Of a DNA stretch of 64,000 nucleotides, positions 14,621 to 28,629 are shown piece after piece. Source of the DNA: Nemertoderma westbladi. Its lineage: Eukaryota > Animalia > Xenacoelomorpha. The translations under genes were made by a program, and so were the position numbers. Numbering within the stretch: position 1 is the first letter of the stretch; every line of letters begins with the position of its first letter. The stretch covers positions 62,001 to 126,000 of the forward strand of contig JAUCBJ010003790.1 in assembly GCA_032718475.1 (NCBI GenBank). Direction: 5' to 3'. The notes below the pieces were generated by a model that had not been told where the DNA came from, searched no databases, and was given only the letters and a program-made list of their open reading frames with translations.

Positions 14621-15381
14621 TAGTTACATATTTTTCTCACCCACCTTTAGTTTAGTTAACATGTTTTTCTCACTAACCTTTAGTTTCGTTACATAATTTT
14701 CTCACACACCTTTAGTTTAGTTACATATTTTTCTCACTAACCTTTAGTTTAGTTACATATTTTTCTCACTCACCTTTAGTTTAGTTAACATGTTTTTCTC
14801 ACTAACCTTTAGTTTAGTTACATAATTTTCTCACTCACCTTTAGTTTAGTTAACATGTTTTTCTCACTAACCTTTAGTTTCGTTACATAATTTTCTCACA
14901 CACCTTTAGTTTAGTTACATATTTTTCTCACTAACCTTTAGTTTAGTTACATAATTTTCTCACTAACCTTTTGTTTAGTTACATTATTTTCTCACTCACC
15001 TTTAGTTTTTTAATTACATATTTTTCTCACTAACATTTAGTTTAGTTACATAATTTTCTCTTTAGTTTAGTTAACATGTTTTTCTCACTAACCTTTAGTT
15101 TAGTTACATATTTTTCTCATTCACCTTTAGTTTAGTTACATTATTTTCTCACTCACCTTTAGTTTAGTTACATATTTTTCTCACTAACCATTAGTTTAGT
15201 TACATTATTTTCTCACTCACCTTTAGTTTTAATTACGAATTTTTCTCACTAACATTTAGTTTAGTTACATAATTTTCTCACTCACCTTTAGTTTAGTTAA
15301 CATGTTTTCTCACCAACCTTTAGTTTAGTTACATATTTTTCTCATTCACCTTTAGTTTAGTTACATATTTTTCTCACTAAC

Positions 15382-15552
15382 CTTTAGTTTAGTTAACATA
15401 TTTTTCTCACTGTCTTCTGAAACACTTTTTGACAACAACAATCGCTTAGCCAAATGTTGTTTATAATATCGTTCGAATATATCCTTGTCTTGTAAAAATC
15501 GAAACAGCACCATGGCCTTGTCAAGTACATTCTCTAACTCATCATCCTGCAT
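15382..15552 (-). CDS. CUL3: Cullin-3 internal exon (equivalent to human exon 9), 171 nt
   Basis: AATCCCAG|ATG...CTA AAG|GTTAGT; [57 protein letters not shown], 57 aa, cullin homology domain. Confidence 0.96.
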
Positions 15553-15711
15553 CTGGGATTACCAAAATAGCAACGTCATCAAAACGGGACATTATCATAA
15601 AATTATGTAATAAATAATAATTATTTTTAACTAAAACATAAAAATATCAACTTACAATATAAAAGGGGGGTGTCATAATGATTAATATTATATATACTTT
15701 ATATAATTATA

Positions 15712-18700
15712 TTACTTTCATCCATAATCAAAGGTTTTAAACTTTATTTTACTTTCATCCATAATCAAACGTTTTATACTTTATTTTGCTTTCATCCATA
15801 TAAAACTCTTTATACTTTATTTAACTTTCATATATTTTCAAACTTTTCACACTTTATTTTACTTTCATCCATAATCAAACGTTTTATACTTTATTTTACT
15901 TTCATCCATAATCAAACTTTTTATACTTTATTTTACTTTCATCCATATTCAAACTTTTTATACGTTATTTTACTTTCATCCATAATCAAGCGTTTTATAC
16001 TTTATTTTGCTTTCATAGTTTCATCCATAATCAAACTTTTTATACTTTATTTTACTATACTTTATTTTACATTCATCCATATTCAAACTTTATTTTACTT
16101 TCATCCATAATCAAACTTTTTATACTTTATTTTACTTTCATCCAATCAAACTTTTTATACTTTATTTTACTTTCATCCATAATCAAACGATTTATACTTT
16201 ATTTTACTTTCATCCATAATCAAACGTTTTATACTTTATTTTACTTTCATCCATAATCAAACGTTTTATACTTTATTTTACTTTCATCCATAATCAAACG
16301 TTTTATACTTTATTTTACTTTCATCCATAATCAAACTTTTTATACTTTATTTTACTTTCATCCATAATCAAACGATATAGACTTTATTTTACTTTCATCC
16401 ATAATCAAATGTTTTATACTTTATTTTACTTTCATCCATAATCAAACGATTTAGACTTTATTTTACTTTCATCCATAATCAAACGTTTTATACTTTATTT
16501 TACTTTCATCCATAATCAAACGTTTTATACTTTATTTTACTTTCATCCATATTCAAACTTTTTATACTTTATTTTACATTCATATATTTTCAAACTTTTC
16601 ACACTTTATTTTACTTTCATCCATAATCAAACGTTTTATACTTTATTTTACTTTCATCCATAATCAAACTTTTTATACTTTATTTTACTTTCATCCATAT
16701 TCAAACTTTTTATATGTTATTTTACTTTCATCCATAATCAAGCGTTTTATACTTTATTTTGCTTTCATAGTTTCATCCATAATCAAACTTTTTATACTTT
16801 ATTTTACATTCATCCATATTCAAACTTTATTTTACTTTCATCCATAATCAAACTTTTTATACTTTATTTTACTTTCATCCATAATCAAACTTTTTATACT
16901 TTATTTTACTTTCATCCATAATCAAACGATTTAGACTTTATTTTACTTTCATCCATAATCAAACGTTTTATACTTTATTTTACTTTCATCCATAATCAAA
17001 CGTTTTATACTTTATTTTACTTTCATCCATAATCAAACTTTTTATACTTTATTTTACTTTCATCCATATCCATATTCAAACTTTTTATACATTATTTTAC
17101 TTTCATCCATAATCAAGCGTTTTATACTTTATTTTGCTTTCATAGTTTCATCCATAATCAAACTTTTTATACTTTATTTTACATTCATCCATATTCAAAC
17201 TTTATTTTACTTTCATCCATAATCAAACTTTTTATACTTTATTTTACTTTCATCCATAATCAAACTTTTTATACTTTATTTTACTTTCATCCATAATCAA
17301 ACGATTTAGACTTTATTTTACTTTCATCCATAATCAAACGTTTTATACTTTATTTTACTTTCATCCATAATCAAACGTTTTATACTTTATTTTACTTTCA
17401 TCTATAATCAAACTTTTTATACTTTATTTTACTTTCATCCATAATCAAATGTTTTATACTTTATTTTACTTTCATCCATAATCAAACGATTTAGACTTTA
17501 TTTTACTTTCATCCATAATCAAACGTTTTATACTTTATTTTACTTTCATCCATAATCAAACGTTTTATACTTTATTTTACTTTCATCCATATTCAAACTT
17601 TTTATACTTTATTTTACTTTCATCCATAATCAAGCGTTTTATACTTTATTTTGCTTTCATCCATATCAAACTCTTTATACTTTATTTTACTTTCATCCAT
17701 TATCAAACTTTTTATACTTTATTTTACTTTCATCCATAATCAAGCGTTTTATACTTTATTTTACTTTCATCCATAATCAAACTTTTTATACTTTATTTTA
17801 CTTTCATCCATAATCAAGCGTTTAATATTTTATTTTGCTTTCATCCATATCAAACTCTTTATACTTTATTTAACTTTCATATATTTTCAAACTTTTCACA
17901 CTTTATTTTACTTTCATCCATAATCAAACGTTTTATACTTTATTTTACTTTCATCCATAATCAAACTTTTTATACTTTATTTTGCTTTCATCCATATCAA
18001 ACTCTTTATACTTTATTTTACTTTCATCCATAATCAAACTTTTTATATTTTATTTTACTTTTTATTTTCAAACTTTTCACACTTTATTTTACTTTCATCC
18101 ATAATCGAACGTTTTATACTTTATTTTACTTTCATCCATAATCAAACTTTTTATACTTTATTTTACTTTCATCCATAATCAAACGTTTTATACTTTATTT
18201 TACTTTCATCCATAATCAAACGTTTTATACTTTATTTTACTTTCATCCATATCAAAATTTTTATACTTTATTTTACTTTCATCCATAACAAAATTTTTAT
18301 ACTTTATTTTACTTTCATCCATATCAAACTCTTTATACTTTATTTAACTTTCATATATTTTCAAACTTTTCACACTTTATTTTACTTTCATCCATAATCA
18401 AACGTTTTATACTTTATTTTACTTTCATCCATAATCAAACTTTTTATACTTTATTTTACTTTCATCCATATCAAAATTTTTATACTTTATTTTACTTTCA
18501 TCCATAACAAAATTTTTATACTTTATTTTACTTTCATCCATATCAAACTCTTTATACTTTATTTAACTTTCATATATTTTCAAACTTTTCACACTTTATT
18601 TTACTTTCATCCATAATCAAACGTTTTATACTTTATTTTACTTTCATCCATAATCAAACTTTTTATACTTTATTTTACTTTCATCCATAATCAAACTTTT

Positions 18701-21700
18701 TATACTTTATTTAACTTTCATATATTTTCAAACTTTTCACACTTTATTTTACTTTCATCCATGATCAAACGTTTTATACTTTATTTTACTTTCATCCATA
18801 ATCAAACGTTTTATACTTTATTTTATTTTCATCCATATCAAAATTTTTATACTTTATTTTACTTTCATCCATAACAAAATTTTTATACTTTATTTTACTT
18901 TCATCCATATCAAACTCTTTATACTTTATTTAACTTTCATATATTTTCAAACCTTTCACACTTTATTTTACTTTCATCCATAATCAAACGTTTTATACTT
19001 TATTTTACTTTCATCCATATTCAAACTTTTTATACGTTATTTTACTTTCATCCATAATCTAGCGTTTTATACTTTATTTTGCTTTCATAGTTTCATCCAT
19101 AATCAAACTTTTTATACTTTATTTTACATTCATCAATATTCAAACTTTATTTTACTTTCATCCATAATCAAACTTTTTATACTTTATTTTACTTTCATCC
19201 ATAATCAAACTTTTTATACTTTATTTTACTTTCATCCATAATCAAACGTTTTATACTTTATTTTACTTTCATCCATAATCAAACGTTTTATACTTTATTT
19301 TACTTTCATCCATATCAAAATTTTTATACTTTATTTTACTTTCATCCATAACAAAATTTTTATACTTTATTTTACTTTCATCCATATCAAACTCTTTATA
19401 CTTTATTTAACTTTCATATATTTTCAAACTTTTCACACTTTATTTTACAAACTTTTCACACTTTATTTTACTTTCATCCATAATCAAACGTTTTATACTT
19501 TATTTTACTTTCATCCATAATCAAACGTTTTATACTTTATTTTACTTTCATCCATATCAAAATTTTTATACTTTATTTTACTTTCATCCATAACAAAATT
19601 TTTATACTTTATTTTACTTTCATCCATATCAAACTCTTTATACTTTATTTAACTTTCATATATTTTCAAACTTTTCACACTTTATTTTACTTTCATCCAT
19701 AATCAAACGTTTTATACTTTATTTTACTTTCATCCATAATCAAACTTTTTATACTTTATTTTACTTTCATCCATAATCAAACTTTTTATACTTTATTTAA
19801 CTTTCATATATTTTCAAACTTTTCACACTTTATTTTACTTTCATCCATGATCAAACGTTTTATACTTTATTTTACTTTCATCCATAATCAAACGTTTTAT
19901 ACTTTATTTTATTTTCATCCATATCAAAATTTTTATACTTTATTTTACTTTCATCCATAACAAAATTTTTATACTTTATTTTACTTTCATCCATATCAAA
20001 CTCTTTATACTTTATTTAACTTTCATATATTTTCAAACCTTTCACACTTTATTTTACTTTCATCCATAATCAAACGTTTTATACTTTATTTTACTTTCAC
20101 CCATATTCAAACTTTTTATACGTTATTTTACTTTCATCCATAATCAAGCGTTTTATACTTTATTTTGCTTTCATAGTTTCATCCATAATCAAACTTTTTA
20201 TACTTTATTTTACATTCATCAATATTCAAACTTTATTTTACTTTCATCCATAATCAAACTTTTTATACTTTATTTTACTTTCATCCATAATCAAGCGTTT
20301 TATACTTTATTTTGCTTTCATCCATAATCAAACGATTTAGAATTTATTTTACTTTCATCCATATTCAAACTTTTTATACTTTATTTTACTTTCATCCATA
20401 ATCAAGCGTTTTATACTTTATTTTACTTTCATCCATAATCAAACGATTTAGACTTTATTTTACTTTCATCCATATTCAAACTTTTTATACTTTATTTTAC
20501 TTTCATCCATAATCAAGCGTTTTATACTTTATTTTGCTTTCATCCATAATCAAACGATTTAGACTTTATTTTACTTTCATCCATATTCAAACTTTTTATA
20601 CTTTATTTTACTTTCATCCATAATCAAACGTTTTATAGTTTATTTTGCTTTCATCCATATCAAACTCTTGATACTTTATTTAACTTTCATTTATTTTCAA
20701 ACTTTTCACACTTTATTTTACTTTCATCCATAATCAAACGTTTTATATTTTATTTTACTTTCATCCATATCAAACTTTTTATACTTTATTTTACTTTCAT
20801 CCATATTCAAACTTTTTATACTTTATTTTACATTCATCCATATTCAAACTTTATTTTACTTTCATCCATAATCAAACGTTTTATACTTTATTTTACTTTC
20901 ATCCATAAATAATCAAACGTTTTATACTTTATTTTGCTTTCATCCATATCAAACTCTTGATACTTTATTTAACTTTCATTTATTTTCAAACTTTTACACT
21001 TTATTTTACTTTCATCCATAATCAAACGTTTTATACTTTATTTTACTTTCATCCATAATCAAACTTTTTATACTTTATTTTACTTTCATCCATATCAAAC
21101 TCTTTATACTTTATTTAACTTTCATATATTTTCAAACTTTTCACACTTTATTTTACTTTCATCCATAATCAAACGTTTTATACTTTATTTTACTTTCATC
21201 CATAATCAAACGTTTTATACTTTATTTTACTTTCATCCATATCAAAATTTTTATACTTTATTTTACTTTCATCCATAACAAAATTTTTATACTTTATTTT
21301 ACTTTCATCCATATCAAACTCTTTATACTTTATTTAACTTTCATATATTTTCAAACCTTTCACACTTTATTTTACTTTCATCCATAATCAAACGTTTTAT
21401 ACTTTATTTTACTTTCACCCATATTCAAACTTTTTATACGTTATTTTACTTTCATCCATAATCAAGCGTTTTATACTTTATTTTGCTTTCATAGTTTCAT
21501 CCATAATCAAACTTTTTATACTTTATTTTACATTCATCAATATTCAAACTTTATTTTACTTTCATCCATAATCAAACTTTTTATACTTTATTTTACTTTC
21601 ATCCATAATCAAGCGTTTTATACTTTATTTTGCTTTCATCCATAATCAAACGATTTAGAATTTATTTTACTTTCATCCATATTCAAACTTTTTATACTTT

Positions 21701-24053
21701 ATTTTACTTTCATCCATAATCAAGCGTTTTATACTTTATTTTACTTTCATCCATAATCAAACGATTTAGACTTTATTTTACTTTCATCCATATTCAAACT
21801 TTTTATACTTTATTTTACTTTCATCCATAATCAAGCGTTTTATACTTTATTTTGCTTTCATCCATAATCAAACGATTTAGACTTTATTTTACTTTCATCC
21901 ATATTCAAACTTTTTATACTTTATTTTACTTTCATCCATAATCAAACGTTTTATAGTTTATTTTGCTTTCATCCATATCAAACTCTTGATACTTTATTTA
22001 ACTTTCATTTATTTTCAAACTTTTCACACTTTATTTTACTTTCATCCATAATCAAACGTTTTATATTTTATTTTACTTTCATCCATATCAAACTTTTTAT
22101 ACTTTATTTTACTTTCATCCATATTCAAACTTTTTATACTTTATTTTACATTCATCCATATTCAAACTTTATTTTACTTTCATCCATAATCAAACGTTTT
22201 ATACTTTATTTTACTTTCATCCATAAATAATCAAACGTTTTATACTTTATTTTGCTTTCATCCATATCAAACTCTTGATACTTTATTTAACTTTCATTTA
22301 TTTTCAAACTTTTACACTTTATTTTACTTTCATCCATAATCAAACGTTTTATACTTTATTTTACTTTCATCCATAATCAAACTTTTTATACTTTATTTTA
22401 CTTTCATCCATATCAAACTCTTTATACTTTATTTAACTTTCATATATTTTCAAACTTTTCACACTTTATTTTACTTTCATCCATAATCAAACGTTTTATA
22501 CTTTATTTTACTTTCATCCATAATCAAACGTTTTATACTTTATTTTACTTTCATCCATATCAAAATTTTTATACTTTATTTTACTTTCATCCATAACAAA
22601 ATTTTTATACTTTATTTTACTTTCATCCATATCAAACTCTTTATACTTTATTTAACTTTCATATATTTTCAAACTTTTCACACTTTATTTTACTTTCATC
22701 CATAATCAAACGTTTTATACTTTATTTTACTTTCATCCATATTCAAACTTTTTATACGTTATTTTACTTTCATCCATAATCAAGCGTTTTATACTTTATT
22801 TTGCTTTCATAGTTTCATCCATAATCAAACTTTTTATACTTTATTTTACATTCATCAATATTCAAACTTTATTTTACTTTCATCCATAATCAAACTTTTA
22901 TACTTTATTTTACATTCATCCATATTCAAACTTTATTTTACTTTCATCCATATTCAAACTTTTTACACTTTATTTTACTTTCATCCATAATCAAGCGTTT
23001 TATACTTTATTTTGCTTTCATCCATAATCAAACGATTTAGACTTTATTTTACTTTCATCCATATTCAAACTTTTTATACTTTATTTTACTTTCATCCATA
23101 ATCAAGCGTTTTATACATTATTTTACTTTCATCCATAATCAAACGATTTAGACTTTATTTTACTTTCATCCATATTCAAACTTTTTATACTTTATTTTAC
23201 TTTCATCCATAATCAAGCGTTTTATACTTTATTTTGCTTTCATCCATAATCAAACGATTTAGACTTTATTTTACTTTCATCCATATTCAAACTTTTTATA
23301 CTTTATTTTACTTTCATCCATAATCAAACGATTTAGACTTTATTTTACTTTCATCCATATTCAAACTTTTTATACTTTATTTTACTTTCATCCATAATCA
23401 AACGTTTTATAGTTTATTTTGCTTTCATCCATATCAAACTCTTGATACTTTATTTAACTTTCATTTATTTTCAAACTTTTCACACTTTATTTTACTTTCA
23501 TCCATAATCAAACGTTTTATATTTTATTTTACTTTCATCCATATCAAACTTTTTATACTTTATTTTACTTTCATCCATATTCAAACTTTTTATACTTTAT
23601 TTTACATTCATCCATATTCAAACTTTATTTTACTTTCATCCATAATCAAACGTTTTATACTTTATTTTACTTTCATCCATAAATAATCAAACGTTTTATA
23701 CTTTATTTTGCTTTCATCCATATCAAACTCTTGATACTTTATTTAACTTTCATTTATTTTCAAACTTTTCACACTTTATTTTACTTTCATCCATAATCAA
23801 ACTTTTTATACTTTATTATACTTTCATAGTTTCATCCATAATCAAACTTTTTATACTTTATTTTACATTCATCCATATTCAAACTTTATTTTACTTTCAT
23901 CCATAATCAAACGTTTTATACTTTATTTTACTTTCATCCGAAAATAATCAAACCTTTTATACATTATTTTACTTTCATCTATAATCAAACTTTTTATACT
24001 TTATTTTACTTTCATCCAAAATAATCAAACCTTTTATACTATATTTTACTTAC
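15712..24053. repeat. ~37-bp AT-rich minisatellite (~225 units) abutting the exon-8 donor
   Basis: Unit actttattttactttcatccataatcaaacgttttat with variants and kb-scale block duplications. Confidence 0.97.
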
Positions 24054-24230
24054 ATTCTTTCCACTTTTTCTCAACTTATCATCAATAAAGAGACTCAGAT
24101 ACTCGGGACTTTTCGAGTTGAGGTTGATAAAGTACTCAAAGTCGGAAACAACCATATTCTTAAAGACCCTGTCACTATTAAAGGCCTCGCGAAGGAAGTG
24201 ATCGAATCTATCCTTGAGCTCCAGTAATGA
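24054..24230 (-). CDS. CUL3: Cullin-3 internal exon (equivalent to human exon 8), 177 nt; absent from the ORF track
   Basis: CACTAAC branch motif, TTTTCTTTAAG|TCA...AAT|GTAAGT; [59 protein letters not shown] ([13 protein letters not shown] cullin motif). Confidence 0.95.
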
Positions 24231-27200
24231 CTTAAAGAAAACATTATGGGCGAAATGTTAGTGAGGATTCTTAGAATATGGTATCGTTTGGTCTGTCATT
24301 GTCTAGAGGGAGTCCATTGCTGGGTGTTCCGTGATGGAATCTAGAGATGAAAGGGCTGAAGTAGGATATGTAAACATATCTATAACTTTATCGCCCTTGG
24401 CCGGCTTGATCTCTTAAGATATCCAGAGGTGGAATTGAGGGGCGGAAAAACCGATCAAACTTACCCGTTTTACCTGGAACCAATGACATTTTATTCCGAT
24501 AATCTCACTTGCTTGGTTTCAAATAAACATAGGAGTTAGTTAATAATTAAATATCTGAATATATTAATGGGAGATGGTACTGCAGTACCCCCTATTAATG
24601 GGAGATGGTACCCCAGTACCCCCTATTAATGGGAGATGGTACCCCAGTACCCCCTATTAATGGGAGATGGTACCGCAGTACCCCCTATTAATGGGAGATG
24701 GTACCGCAGTACCCCCTATTAATGGGAGATGGTACCGCAGTACCCCCTATTAATGGGAGATGGTACCGCAGTATCCCCTATTAATGGGAGACGGTACCCC
24801 AGTACCCCCTATTAATGGGAGATGGTACCGCAGTACCCCCTATTAATGGGAGATGGAACCCCAGTACCCCCTATTAATGGGAGATGGTAACGCAGTATCC
24901 CCTATTAATGGGAGACGGTACCCCAGTACCCCCTATTAATGGGAGATGGTACCGCAGTACCCCCTATTAATGGGAGATGGTACCGCAGTATCCCCTATTA
25001 ATGGGAGACGGTACCCCAGTACCCCCTATTAATGGGAGATGGTACCGCAGTATCCCCTATTAATGGGAGACGGTACCCCAGTACCCCCTATTAATGGGAG
25101 ATGGAACCCCAGTACCCCCTATTAATGGGAGATGGTAACGCAGTACCCCCTATTAATGGGAGATGGCACCCCAGTACCCCCTATTAATGGGAGATGGTAC
25201 CCCAGTACCCCCTATTAATGGGAGATGGTACCGCAGTACCCCCTATTAATGGGAGATGGTACCCCAGTACCACCTATTAATGGGAGATGGAACCCCAGTA
25301 CCCCCTATTAATGGGAGATGGTACACCAGTACCCCCTATTAATGGGAGATGGTACCGCAGTATCCCCTATTAATGGGAGATGGTACCCCAGTACCCCCTA
25401 TTAATGGGAGATGGTACCCTAGTACCCCCTATTAATGGGAGATGGTACACCAGTACCCCCTATTAATGGGAGATGGTACCGCAGTATCCCCTATTAATGG
25501 GAGACGGTACCCCAGTACCACCTATTAATGGGAGATGGAACCCCAGTACCCCCTATTAATGGGAGATGGTACACCAGTACCCCCTATTAATGGGAGATGG
25601 TAACGCAGTACCCCCTATTAATGGGAGATGGTACCCCAGTACCCCCTATTAATGGGAGATGGTACCCCAGTACCCCCTATTAATGGGAGATGGTACACCA
25701 GTACCCCCTATTAATGGGAGATGGTACCGCAGTATCCCCTATTAATGGGAGACGGTACCCCAGTACCCCCTATTAATGGGAGATAGTACCGCAGTACCCC
25801 CTATTAATGGGAGATGGAACCCCAGTACCCCCTATTAATGGGAGATGGTAACGCAGTACCCCCTATTAATGGGAGATGGTACCCCAGTACCCCCTATTAA
25901 TGGGAGATGGTACCGCAGTACCCCCTATTAATGGGAGATGGTACCGCAGTACCCCCTATTAATGGGAGATGGTACCCCAGTACCACCTATTAATGGGAGA
26001 TGGAACCCCAGTACCCCCTATTAATGGGAGATGGTACACCAGCACCCCCTATTAATGGGAGATGGTACCCCAGTACCCCCTATTAATGGGAGATGGTACC
26101 CCAGTACCCCCTATTAATGGGAGATGGTACCCCAGTACCCCCTATTAATGGGAGATGGTACCCCAGTACCCCCTATTAATGGGAGATGGTACCCCAGTAC
26201 CCCCTATTAATGGGAGATGGTACCCCAGTACCCCCTATTAATGGGAGACGGTACCCCAGTACCCCCTATTAATGGGAGATGGTACCCCAGTACCCCCTAT
26301 TAATGGGAGATGGTACCGCAGTACCCCCTATTAATGGGAGATGGAACCCCAGTACCCCCTATTAATGGGAGATGGAACCCCAGTACCCCCTATTAATGGG
26401 AGATGGTACCGCAGTACCCCCTATTAATGGGAGATGGTACCCCAGTACCCCCTATTAATGGGAGATGGTACCCCAGTACCCCCTATTAATGGGAGATGGT
26501 ACCGCAGTACCCCCTATTAATGGGAGATGGAACCCCAGTACCCCCTATTAATGGGAGATGGAACCCCAGTACCCCCTATTAATGGAGTACCCCCTATTAA
26601 TGGGAGATGGTACCCCAATACCCCCTATTAATGGGAGATGGTACAGCAGTACCCCCTATTAATGGGAGATGGTACCCCAGTACCACCAATTAATGGGAGA
26701 TGGAACCCCAGTACCCCCTATTAATGGGAGATGGTACACCAGCACCCCCTATTAATGGGAGATGGAACCGCAGTACCCCCCTATTAATGGGAGATGGTAC
26801 CCCAGTACCCCCTATTAATGGGAGATGGTACCCCAGTACCCCCTATTAATGGGAGATGGTACCGCAGTACCCCCTATTAATGGGAGATGGTACCCCAGTA
26901 CCCCCTATTAATGGGAGATGGTACCCCAGTACCCCCTATTAATGGGAGATGGTACCCCAGTACCCCCTATTAATGGGAGATGGTACCCCAGTACCCCCTA
27001 TTAATGGGAGATGGTAACGCAGTACCCCCTATTAATGGGAGATGGTACCCCAGTACCCCCTATTAATGGGAGATGGTACCCCAGTACCACCTATTAATGG
27101 GAGATGGAACCCCAGTACCCCCTATTAATGGGAGATGGTACCCCAGTACCCCCTATTAATGGGAGATGGTACCCCAGTACCACCTATTAATGGGAGATGG

Positions 27201-28006
27201 AACCCCAGTACCCCCTATTAATGGGAGATGGTACCCCAGTACCCCCTATTAATGGGAGATGGTACCCCAGTACCCCCTATTAATGGGAGATGGTACCGCA
27301 GTACCCACTATTAATGGGAGATGGTACCCCAGTACCCCCTATTAATGGGAGATGGTACCGCAGTACCCCCTATTAATGGGAGATGGTACCGCAGTACCCC
27401 CTATTAATGGGAGATGGTACCGCAGTACCCCCTATTAATGGGAGATGGTACCGCAGTACCCCCTATTAATGGGAGATGGTACCCCAGTACCCCCTATTAA
27501 TGGGAGATGGTACCGCAGTACCCCCTATTAATGGGAGATGGTACCGCAGTACCCCCTATTAATGGGAGATGGTACCGCAGTATCCCCTATTAATGGGAGA
27601 CGGTACCCCAGTACCCCCTATTAATGGGAGATGGTACCGCAGTATCCCCTATTAATGGGAGACGGTACCCCAGTACCCCCTATTAATGGGAGATGGTACC
27701 CCAGTACCCCCTATTAATGGGAGATGGTACCGCAGTACCCCCTATTAATGGGAGATGGAACCCCAGTACCCCCTATTAATGGGAGATGGAACCCCAGTAC
27801 CCCCTATTAATGGGAGATGGTACCGCAGTACCCCCTATTAATGGGAGATGGTACCCCAGTACCCCCTATTAATGGGAGATGGTACCCCAGTACCCCCTAT
27901 TAATGGGAGATGGTACCGCAGTACCCCCTATTAATGGGAGATGGAACCCCAGTACCCCCTATTAATGGGAGATGGAACCCCAGTACCCCCTATTAATGGA
28001 GTACCC

Positions 28007-28458
28007 TGTTACAGCCGGTCTCGTTTACCTTAACTTATTGTGCTATATCTTATTGTGCTATATGTTATTCCACCTACCGGTCATTTCACAAACTGAATAT
28101 ATTATTAGCCAATAGAAATAAGCCACCTTTATGTTTGGTATATATACTTATCTGTGTGTGTCATTATGTACTTCTGTTGTATAAACTCATTCTGCATTCT
28201 GTTCTTTGTTAGTTATAGTTCATTAGGCCTAGGTCTAGGTATTCATGTCTTCATTGTATGTAATGTAATATTATTGTTTAGACCTACCTGCATCTGGAGA
28301 CACATATGTAACTCGTAACACTGTAACAAGTAACCATTAAATGTAACATAAGTAACTTCATTATTATACTTTCCGATTTTCTCAACTATATTGCGGCGAA
28401 TGTATGACAGGCCGACTTTTCTCGCTCACCCGGCTCTAAACGCAGTTCCGTAATTTCA
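28007..28458 (+). repeat. 5' LTR (452 bp)
   Basis: tgttacagcc...taatttca; differs from the 3' LTR by about 2 substitutions and one 1-nt indel by eye. Confidence 0.95.
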
Positions 28459-28476
28459 TGGTGCGGTGACCCGGGA
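28459..28476 (+). promoter_or_regulatory. Primer-binding site, most similar to the tRNA-His 3' end
   Basis: TGGTGCGGTGACCCGGGA directly after the 5' LTR; resembles TGGTGCCGTGAC; tRNA identity is tentative. Confidence 0.7.
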
Positions 28477-28629
28477 ACGGTAAGTTCTAGTTTAATACGT
28501 CTTTGTCTGCTATCCCGGTACCGGTATCCAGTCAGCATCAACAGCTACCGTTAGACCGTAATCTCAGTCCAGTAGCTATCGACTACCTACATTAAACCTA
28601 ACCTATCCTGATTTACTGTTGTTATTTGC

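Larger units (their letters stand above)
464..15381 (-). repeat. 32/33/36-bp minisatellite (~400 units) derived from the exon-9 3' end plus splice donor
   Basis: Plus-strand unit cctttagtttagttacatatttttctcactca (32) mostly alternating with cctttagtttagttaacatattatttttctcactaa (36); matches exon sequence 15382-15411; interrupted at 10603-11747 and ~14497-14620. Confidence 0.97.

Noticed and set aside
400-15381. Intron newly created by tandem duplication of an AGGT-containing exon segment
   Set aside because: The intron position matches the human CUL3 exon 9/10 boundary and it has its own non-repeat acceptor, so it predates the array
464-15381. Canonical recursive splice sites at each AG|GT, or telomere-like TTAG repeats
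   Set aside because: No polypyrimidine tract precedes the AG in the sense unit; the TTTAG motifs are explained by exon codons ACT AAA CTA AAG
24340-24540. Possible extra small exon (donor-like GG|GTAAGT near 24464, alternative AG at 24341)
   Set aside because: Flanking exons already join in frame to a complete CUL3 segment; no protein similarity and no transcript evidence
24562-28006. CRISPR-like appearance of partly palindromic 31-37-bp repeats
   Set aside because: No unique spacers, no cas genes, eukaryotic intron context
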